Assembly: GCA_965204755.1 (NCBI GenBank) | Contig: OZ242011.1 | Coordinates: 3,584,001-3,648,000, forward strand | DNA length: 64,000 nucleotides | Source of the DNA: Candidatus Marinacidobacterium sp. | GTDB lineage: Bacteria; Acidobacteriota; Vicinamibacteria; Marinacidobacterales; Marinacidobacteraceae | Direction: 5' to 3' | Shown: positions 1 to 6,883 of the stretch, one piece after another | Layout: every line of letters begins with the position of its first letter | How positions within the stretch are numbered: the stretch's first letter is position 1 | Made by a program: the position numbers and the translations under genes | The notes under the pieces: generated by a model | The model's database searches: none | What the model saw: only the letters and a program-made list of their open reading frames with translations | Told to the model about the DNA's origin: nothing

Positions 1-104
1 AATGCGGCAGCGTCCCGAACCGCCGGGCCGCCGCCCGCGCGGCGGAGCGGGCGCGGCCCTCGGACGAAGACCTCACGCCGCGCGCTGCGACTCGGCGCGC
101 AGGG

Positions 105-533
105 TCAGTCCTCTTCGGCGCCCGGATAGACCCGTTCTCCCTCGTAGTCCCTCAGACCGCAAAAACCGGTGACTTCGAATCCGTTGGACTGGAGCATCTC
201 CGCGGCACGCGCGGCTCTTCCTCCGCCCTGTCAAGCGGTGAGGATGGGAACGCCGGTCGGCAGTTCCCCCATCCGGGCCTCCAGTTCGTCGATCGGGATG
301 TGGACGAACCCGTCGAGGGTTCCGTGTTCGGCGAGTTCTTCGGGGGTCCTCACATCGAGGAGCAGCGCGCCGCCGGCGAGCGCGGCGTCGATGTCCGCCG
401 CTTCGACGCGCGGAGCGGGCGCCGGTTCCGGCTCTGCCGCGGGCTCGCTCGACGACGACTCTTCGCCACCGCCCCCGCCGCAGGCGAGGGAGACGCCGAC
501 GAGGCCGGCGGCGAGGGGAAGAAGACTGCGCAT
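105..533 (-). CDS. Rhodanese-like lipoprotein, probable selenoprotein (TGA at 233-231 read as Sec, residue 101 of 142)
   Basis: ATG at 533; lipoprotein-like signal MRSLLPLAAGLVGVSLA-C; rhodanese motifs LLDVRTPEE and HIPIDEL. Frame continues past the TGA as ILTA-U-QGGGRAARAAEMLQSNGFEVTGFCGLRDY...EED, stop at 107-105. UxxGxR matches the rhodanese CxxGxR loop. Confidence 0.88.
191..224 (-). promoter_or_regulatory. Putative bacterial SECIS hairpin of rhodanese 1
   Basis: After the UGA: GGAG...CCGCG-CGUGC-CGCGG...CUCC. The apical loop begins 22 nt after the UGA with G then U at loop positions 2-3. Confidence 0.65.
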
Positions 534-597
534 GGGGAAACCCTCCCGGGTGAGACTCGACTCGTGTTTCGGCCGAACGGCGTCGCGGCGCCGCGGG

Positions 598-942
598 TTA
601 TTCCGGCAGCGGCCGGTACTCGCGGCGGCCGCGGTAACTCTTGAGGCCGCAGAAACCGCGCACCTCGAAACCGGCCCGCTCCAGGATCGCCGCGGCACGC
701 GCGGCCCGGGGGCCGACCATTCAAGTGGTCAGGATCGGGCGGTCCCGCGGGATCTCGTCGGCGCGCTCGGTCAACTCGTCGAGACCGATGTGGAGCGCGC
801 CCGGGATCGTTCCCGATTCGGCGAGTTCCACCGCCTGCCGCACATCCAGCAGGACGACTTCGCCGCCCGCCAACTGGCCGTCTATCTCGTCGGCCGGAAC
901 GAAGGGGGCGCGGGTTCCGAACATGCGGCCGACGATCGCCAT
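598..942 (-). CDS. Rhodanese-like protein, probable selenoprotein (TGA at 723-721 read as Sec, residue 74 of 114)
   Basis: LLDVRQAVE, GTIPGALHIGLDEL, then PILTT-U-MVGPRAARAAAILERAGFEVRGFCGLKSY..., TAA at 600-598. The post-TGA part is homologous to that of the neighbouring paralog. Alternative start ATG at 924. Confidence 0.88.
673..714 (-). promoter_or_regulatory. Putative bacterial SECIS hairpin of rhodanese 2
   Basis: GGCCC...GCCGCG-CGUGC-CGCGGC...GGGCC. The core GCCGCGCGTGCCGCGG is identical to that of rhodanese 1 and at the same offset (+16) from the UGA. Confidence 0.65.
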
Positions 943-997
943 CGCGCGCCGCCCGTCCGGTCTCTCGCGCCCGCCCTCTCTCTCGTCCGGTTCCGCC

Positions 998-2173
998 CTA
1001 GGCGGCCATCTTCTGCGCGGAGTCGAGCACCGCCGCGAACGCCTTGGCGGCGCGCTGCATCTCGTCCATCGTCCCGATGGAGATGCGGCAACGCGTCCAC
1101 AGTGGCGGGAACGGCCGTCCCACGCGGACGCCTTCGGCGGCGCAGGCCGACTGGAACTGCTCCACCGGCATCCCCACATCCGCGAAGATGAAGTTCGTCT
1201 GCGCGTCGGTGGCCGAGTAGCCGCGGTCGCGGAAGAACTTCAGGATGAAGTCGCGCGCCTCGGCGTTCCGCTTCTTCTCGTTGGGGAGGAAGTCCGGGTC
1301 CTTCCGGTCGCGGTCGAGCGCCGCGTTGGCCGCCACCAGCGAGAGCGTGCTCACCGTGTTCCCCATGTGGAACTCGCGCAGGTGGGCGATGGTGTCCTCG
1401 TGGGCGATGGCGTAGCCGACGCGGAGGCCGGCCATGCCGTAGGCCTTCGAGAAGGTGCGCGCCACGATCACCCGCGGGTTGTCGAGCGCCAGCGGGATCA
1501 TCGTCTCGTGGCCGGGCGTCGTCACATAGTCGATGTACGCCTCGTCCACGAGGATGCGGAGGTCCTTCTCCGTATCGAGCGCCCGGTTCAGGAAGTCCCG
1601 CCCATCGGTCGGGTCCACCAGCGTCGCCACCGGGTTGTTCGGGTTGCAGAAGAAGAGCATCCCGCTGCCCTTGACTGCGTGGAGCGTCTGGTCGAGGTCC
1701 ATCTTGAGTTCGGAAGTCAGCGGAACCGCCTTCGTCCGATACCCCATGAGCGCGGCGTAGCCGAAGCACTCTTCGTAGGTGGGGAGGGAGCCCACCAGCG
1801 CCTTCTCGGCGCTTGCGTACTGGTGGGTGACATTCACCAGGATCTGCGTCGAGCCGGCGCCGATGAGGACATTGCCCGGCTTCACGCCCCACTTCTCGGC
1901 GATGGCTTCCTGCATCGGGCCGACGAAGCGGAACGGGTACCGGCCGGCGATCGTCCCCTCGGGGCCGATGACGGCGTCCACGGCGTCCATCACCGCTTCA
2001 CCGGGGCCGAGCGAGTTCTCGTTGTTGGCGAGGTTGATCGCGTCTTCGGGCGCGATGCCCATCTCGGCGGCGAAAGCGACCTGCTCGCGCAGGCGGGAGC
2101 GGACCAGGGTCGCCGCGTAGAGGCCGGCGGCGCCGGCGGAAGCGCGGTTCAGGAAACTGCGGCGGGAAAACAT
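998..2173 (-). CDS. HisC-like class I/II PLP aminotransferase with Tat signal
   Basis: MFSRRSFL twin-arginine motif; NNENSLGP, FCNPNNP, VDEAY, RTFSKAYGMAGLRVGY (PLP Lys). Confidence 0.9.
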   Translation of the reverse strand: MFSRRSFLNRASAGAAGLYAATLVRSRLREQVAFAAEMGIAPEDAINLANNENSLGPGEAVMDAVDAVIGPEGTIAGRYPFRFVGPMQEAIAEKWGVKPGNVLIGAGSTQILVNVTHQYASAEKALVGSLPTYEECFGYAALMGYRTKAVPLTSELKMDLDQTLHAVKGSGMLFFCNPNNPVATLVDPTDGRDFLNRALDTEKDLRILVDEAYIDYVTTPGHETMIPLALDNPRVIVARTFSKAYGMAGLRVGYAIAHEDTIAHLREFHMGNTVSTLSLVAANAALDRDRKDPDFLPNEKKRNAEARDFILKFFRDRGYSATDAQTNFIFADVGMPVEQFQSACAAEGVRVGRPFPPLWTRCRISIGTMDEMQRAAKAFAAVLDSAQKMAA

Positions 2174-2251
2174 GGTCGTTCCTCCTCGGGGGCGAACGGG
2201 ACGGCGCGGTGTCCGGGGCGTCGGCGGGAAAGCGGGAAAGGGGAGCGGGCC

Positions 2252-3448
2252 TTACTGCTGCTGGTTGTCGGTGGTCGCCAGCCCGAGCACCTCCGCGAAG
2301 ACCGCGGTCGCGCGCTGCATCTCCTCGAGCGTGCCGATGGAGATCCGGGCGTGGCTGTTCTCGTAGGGCGGGAAGTCCCGGCCCACCATGATGCCCTTCT
2401 CGGCGCAGGCCTCGCGGAAGGACTTGGCGCTGCGGCCGATGTCCACGAAGATGAAGTTCGTCTGGCTGGGCACCGGGTCGAGGCCGTTGCTCGAGAAGAA
2501 GTCCAGCGTGAACTGCCGGGCGGCGTCGTTCCGCTTCACTTCGTTCCGGATGTAGTCCGGATCCTCGAGCGAGCCCATCGCCGCGGCGATGGAGAGGATC
2601 GAGGTCCCGAAGGTGAGCGCCAGCGGCGCGAGCCGGGCGATCGTGTCCTTCTGGCCGTAGGCGTAACCGACCCTGAGACCGGCCATGCCGTACGCCTTCG
2701 AGAAGGTGCGGCCCACGAACACATCGCGGTACTTCATGGCGAGGCCGGCGCCGGTCTCGAACGACTTGTCGGTCACATAGTCGTAGTAGGCCTCGTCGAG
2801 CAGGATCGCCGTGTAGGGCGACTCCTTCTTCACGAAGTCCACGAAGTCGGTCACATCGGCGAGGCTGTGGATGGTGCCGGTGGGGTTGTTCGGGTTGCAG
2901 AGGAAGACGAGCCCGGCGCCCATCGCGGCCCCGGCCATCTTGTCCAGGTCGAGGCCCAAACTCCCGGTGTTCGGGACCGCCTTGACCGGCGCGCCGAAGT
3001 ACTCGGCGGCGCGCTTCGGGCTCTCGAAGGAGCAGGTGGCGGTGACCAGCGGGCGGCCCTTGCCGGTGTACACCCGCACGGCGTTCCGGAGGATCTCGGA
3101 GGAGCCGGGGGCGAGCACCACATTCTCGGCGCCGCCGCCGTACATCTCCCCGAGGCGCTTCCGCAGGTCGTTCCCGCTGATGCGGGCGTTCATCGGGTAG
3201 CGCATGATGGAGCCGTACTCGCCCCGGAGCGCCGCCACCGCCGCCGGGCCGGGGCCGAGCGGGTTCTCGTTGCTGCTGATGCGCACCTCGTCCGCCTCGG
3301 GGGGCGGCACGAACACCGGGGCCTCGCGGAAGCCGTTCGCGGCCTCCCAGGCTTCCCGTCCGCGGGCGCCGATGGCGTGGAGCGCCGCCGGGGAAACGGC
3401 GGGGGCGCCGGCGGCCAGACTCAGAAAGCGGCGGCGGTTCGATTTCAT
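2252..3448 (-). CDS. HisC-like class I/II PLP aminotransferase with Tat signal (paralog)
   Basis: MKSNRRRFL; SSNENPLGP, LCNPNNPTG, LDEAY, RTFSKAYGMAGLRVGY. Confidence 0.9.
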   Translation of the reverse strand: MKSNRRRFLSLAAGAPAVSPAALHAIGARGREAWEAANGFREAPVFVPPPEADEVRISSNENPLGPGPAAVAALRGEYGSIMRYPMNARISGNDLRKRLGEMYGGGAENVVLAPGSSEILRNAVRVYTGKGRPLVTATCSFESPKRAAEYFGAPVKAVPNTGSLGLDLDKMAGAAMGAGLVFLCNPNNPTGTIHSLADVTDFVDFVKKESPYTAILLDEAYYDYVTDKSFETGAGLAMKYRDVFVGRTFSKAYGMAGLRVGYAYGQKDTIARLAPLALTFGTSILSIAAAMGSLEDPDYIRNEVKRNDAARQFTLDFFSSNGLDPVPSQTNFIFVDIGRSAKSFREACAEKGIMVGRDFPPYENSHARISIGTLEEMQRATAVFAEVLGLATTDNQQQ

Positions 3449-3706
3449 CGGGTTTCTCCCAAGTTCAGTGGGCCGGATCGGTGCGATCGGTCAGAGGGGA
3501 TTTCGGTTCCCGGAGAGCGGCCCGGACGGAAGTTCCGACCCGGCGGTCGGGGCGGGAACGCCCGCTCCCGGGCCCGTCCTTCCGGGCGCTCCGTGGGGCT
3601 GAGGCCGAAGGGCAAGAGTAGCGGGAGGCGGGCAGCCGCCGCAACCGCGAAGGGGCGCTCCCGCGGGGGCGGCGAGGCGGCGGCGGGGGGCTCTTCCCAC
3701 GGGCGG

Positions 3707-4240
3707 TCAGTGCATCATCAGCGGCGCGACCAGGGCGGTGGAGCCCCAGTGCATCCGCAGCGAGCCGTTCATGCCGTCGTCGGCGGAGACCACGCTGATC
3801 GTGAACATTTCGGCGGACTCGGCCGCCTCTTCCACGGTGAGCGGGACGCCGAACAGGTCCTTCTCCGGGTCGCGCGCCATCCCCGACTGCCCGGTCTCGC
3901 CGTTCACGAGGAGGGTCCAACCCTCGTCCGTCTTCTCCGCGAAGAGGGTGTAGGAACCGGCCTCGACGCTCTTGCCGCCGAACCACAACTGGCCTTCGGT
4001 CATGAGGGTGGTGGCGTCCTCCGAGCCGAGCCGCCAGACCATGCCGGACTGGGCCTGGCCGAGCATGTCCCGCCCCTTCAGGCTGGGGCGGCCGTAGGTG
4101 ACGCTGATCTTCTTCCCGGCGATGGTCGCTTCCGCGGTGCCGCGGGGGTTGTGGGCGGCGGCGAGAGCGGCGCCGAAGGCGAGCAGCAGCGCCGGAAGGG
4201 TGAGCGCGCGGTGGAGCGCGCGGCGGCGGGTGGTGGTCAT
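3707..4240 (-). CDS. DUF2911 family secreted protein
   Basis: Signal peptide, then ISVTYGRPSLKGR, VWRLGSEDAT, AGSYTLF, W-LLVN, LRMHWG pattern. This is the C-terminal part of track ORF 3707..6664. Confidence 0.8.
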   Translation of the reverse strand: MTTTRRRALHRALTLPALLLAFGAALAAAHNPRGTAEATIAGKKISVTYGRPSLKGRDMLGQAQSGMVWRLGSEDATTLMTEGQLWFGGKSVEAGSYTLFAEKTDEGWTLLVNGETGQSGMARDPEKDLFGVPLTVEEAAESAEMFTISVVSADDGMNGSLRMHWGSTALVAPLMMH

Positions 4241-4332
4241 CGGCTGGGGTCTCCTCGTCTCCGGTCTCGTCGGATTCGTCTTCGTCCGGTCGCGCTCGTC
4301 AGCGGGGCCGAACCGGCCCCGGCGGGCGGCGA

Positions 4333-4338
4333 ATTCTA
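4333..4338 (-). promoter_or_regulatory. Probable -10 box (TAGAAT) for the DUF2911 gene
   Basis: AT-rich hexamer in a GC-rich divergent intergenic region about 95 nt upstream of the ATG. Confidence 0.4.
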
Positions 4339-4513
4339 GCGGGCGCGGAAGTGGGGGCGGCCGCCGCCGGCGCGGTCGGAGTTCCCGGTCGGGGAATGCC
4401 GGATTCGAGTCGGGCGGGGGCGGCGCCGCTGATTGCGGCGCTCGTCGGGGCCGGGATAGTCTCCCGCCGAAGCCCCGGCCTCTCCCGCCCCTCCGGGCCG
4501 GGCCGACCCGCAG

Positions 4514-6844
4514 ATGACTCGACGCCGCCTCCCTTCGCTCCCCGCTCCCCCGGATCCCGCGATTCCGGTCGTTCCCGGTCGTTTGGTTCCCGGTCGTTTG
4601 GTCCCCGGTCGTTCGCGGGCGCGCCCGGGGCGGCGGCTCGCCCCGGCGGCGGTCGGGGTCTCGGCCCTGCTCGTCCTCGCCGCCCCGGATGCGGCGCTCG
4701 CCGCGTCCGCCGGCGCCGCTGCCCGAGCAACAGCGGAGGACGACCGACTGGAGCGCCTGCCGGAGGAACACCGCCTCTGGCTCGAGGAAGAGGTCGTCTA
4801 CATCATCACGCCGCCGGAGCGGGAGGTCTTCCTGGGCCTCGAGAGCCACGAGGAGCGCGAGTACTTCATCGAGGCGTTCTGGGATCGGCGCGACCCGTTC
4901 CCGGCGACGCCGGAGAACGAGTTCCGGGACGAGCACTACGAGCGCATCGCCTACGCGAACCGCTTCCTGGGTCGGGACGCCCCCCGGCCCGGCTGGCAGA
5001 CCGACCGGGGCCGCCACTGGATCATCCTGGGGGAGCCCCGCACCCGGGAAGTCTTCGAGGGCCGGAACGAAGTGGTCTCCATGGACCTCTGGATCTACGA
5101 CGGCGACACCTCGCTGGGCCTGCCGCCCCGCTTCAACCTGCTGTTCTTCAAGGAGAACGATGTGGGCGAGTACCAGTTGTACGACCCGTGGGGCGACGGG
5201 CCGGACGCGCTGGTGGCCCGGGGGGAACTGCTGCGGAACCGGCAGCACCAGGCCGTGGACCTCCTCGAGACGGTCTCGATGGATGTGGCGCGGGCGAGTC
5301 TGGTGGTGGACCTGACCGACCCCCACGCCGACTTCCTCTCGGCCACGAACACCATTTCGCCGCAGTTGCAGACGGTGCGGCCCTCCATGAGCACCGGCCG
5401 GAACTTCCTGGACATCTCCAACTCGCCGCACCGCCGGGTGGACCTGGACGAGATCGAGGGGTACCTGCGCTACGGCGACCGGGTCACTTCCGAGTACTCG
5501 TTCCGCTTCGTGGAGAGCCGGTCGGACTTCCGGGTGCTCCTCGGCCCCCGGAACACGCCGTTCGTCCACTACAGCGTCGCGCTCGCCCCGAAGGACTTCA
5601 CGCTCGAACTCGACGAACGGGAGAACCTCTACCGGACCACCCTCGAGGTGGAGACGGAGGTGCGGACCGCGGAGGGCCAACTGGTGGCCATCCAGCGGAA
5701 CGAGCCGGCGATCGAACTCACCGAGAGCCAGCACCAGGCCGCCGGCGGCAGTCCGTTCGCCTACCGGGACAATCTCCCGCTGATTCCCGGCGACTACGAA
5801 GTGAGCGTCCTGCTCCGGAACCGGGCCACCCGGCAATACACGGTCGCCACCGCCGAGGTGCGCGTCCCCGGCACGGGCGGGGCCGAGCCGGGCCTCGCCG
5901 ATCCGGTGCTCGCCTACCGGCTCGACGAGTCTTCCGCCGCCGCGGCCTCGCCCGGAGCGCCGCGTTTCGGGACCTTCGAGTTCGGCGGCGTTGTCCTCGA
6001 ACCCTCGATCGGCGGCGTCTTCTCCGCGTCGGAGACCCTCACCGCGGCGGTGCAGGCGGTGAACCCGCCGCCGGACGCCCGGGTCCGCCTGCGGATCGCC
6101 CCGGAGCAACTGCCGGACTCGGCGTCGGCGGACGAGACCGCGGAACCGGAGGTCGGCCCGCCCGTCGCCGAGGAGACGGCCCCCGCGGGCGCCGCGGCCT
6201 CCCCCCCGATCGTGGAATTCCCGCTCGCCGGGATCCCCGCGGGACGCTACCGGCTGACCGCGGAGTTGCTCGACGCGGAGGGCGCGGTCACCGCCCGACG
6301 GGACGCGCCGTTCTCGATCTCCCCCCGGGCGGCGGTGGCCCGTCCGGCGTTCATCGTCCGCCGTTCCTTCGGCGCTCACATCCCCGGCCTGCTGGCCCTG
6401 ACCCTCGGCGAACAGTTCATGGCCCGGGGACGGATCCACGAGGCGACGGTGGCGCTCCGGGAGGCCTCGGTGAATCCGGACCTGCCGATGGCCCGCTGGA
6501 AATTGGCGAGCGCGCTCCTGTTCGCGCGGGACGCCGACGGCGCGCTCGACCTCCTGCTGCCGCTCGAAGCGGAGCACCCGAACGAGATCGAGGTCGTCGA
6601 GGGCGTGGGCTTCGGCTACTACCTGCGCCGGGAGTGCGCCGAAGCGCTGCCCCGCCTCGAACACGCGCTGACCCTCCGCGCCCCGGACATCTCGCTGCTC
6701 AACGCGGTGGGCGACTGCCTGGAAGAGGAAGGCGAGACCGCCCGGGCGGAGGAGATCTTCACCCGGTCCCTCGAGTTGAACCCGGAGCAGACGGCGGTGG
6801 CGGACCGGCTGGCCGGACTCCGCGAGCCCGAGGGGCGTCGGTAG
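4514..6844 (+). CDS. GWxTD domain protein with C-terminal TPR repeats
   Basis: WLEEEVVYIITPPERE, FWDRRDP, GWQTDRG motifs; helical TPR-like C-terminus. Confidence 0.88.
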   Translation: MTRRRLPSLPAPPDPAIPVVPGRLVPGRLVPGRSRARPGRRLAPAAVGVSALLVLAAPDAALAASAGAAARATAEDDRLERLPEEHRLWLEEEVVYIITPPEREVFLGLESHEEREYFIEAFWDRRDPFPATPENEFRDEHYERIAYANRFLGRDAPRPGWQTDRGRHWIILGEPRTREVFEGRNEVVSMDLWIYDGDTSLGLPPRFNLLFFKENDVGEYQLYDPWGDGPDALVARGELLRNRQHQAVDLLETVSMDVARASLVVDLTDPHADFLSATNTISPQLQTVRPSMSTGRNFLDISNSPHRRVDLDEIEGYLRYGDRVTSEYSFRFVESRSDFRVLLGPRNTPFVHYSVALAPKDFTLELDERENLYRTTLEVETEVRTAEGQLVAIQRNEPAIELTESQHQAAGGSPFAYRDNLPLIPGDYEVSVLLRNRATRQYTVATAEVRVPGTGGAEPGLADPVLAYRLDESSAAAASPGAPRFGTFEFGGVVLEPSIGGVFSASETLTAAVQAVNPPPDARVRLRIAPEQLPDSASADETAEPEVGPPVAEETAPAGAAASPPIVEFPLAGIPAGRYRLTAELLDAEGAVTARRDAPFSISPRAAVARPAFIVRRSFGAHIPGLLALTLGEQFMARGRIHEATVALREASVNPDLPMARWKLASALLFARDADGALDLLLPLEAEHPNEIEVVEGVGFGYYLRRECAEALPRLEHALTLRAPDISLLNAVGDCLEEEGETARAEEIFTRSLELNPEQTAVADRLAGLREPEGRR
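4565..4612 (+). repeat. Short imperfect 15-bp tandem repeat (CCCGGTCGTTTGGTT, about 3 copies; VPGRL)
   Basis: Visible directly in the 5' end of the GWxTD gene. Confidence 0.7.
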
Positions 6845-6883
6845 GGCCGGGAAACGGCGGCGCCCGGGTTACCGGGGCGGCCG

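Noticed and set aside
231-723. The TGA codons in the rhodaneses as a reassigned genetic code (UGA=Trp/Gly) or as two pseudogenes
   Set aside because: TGA is the normal stop in many genes here (ATGA/GTGA overlaps). Two independent nonsense mutations at the same catalytic codon, with conserved downstream sequence and hairpin, are unlikely.
998-3448. Gene symbol hisC
   Set aside because: Tat signals, duplication and absence of his genes argue against histidine biosynthesis.
3520-3700. GC-rich hairpins as intrinsic terminators or ncRNA
   Set aside because: No U-tract, and such stems arise by chance at this GC level.
641-4339. Very long ORFs in the track (e.g. 641..4339+, 30556..33975+, 38079..41645+, 44148..47840-, 58828..62028-)
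   Set aside because: Antisense or off-frame shadows of real genes, expected at this GC content; Arg/Gly/Pro-rich and without motifs.
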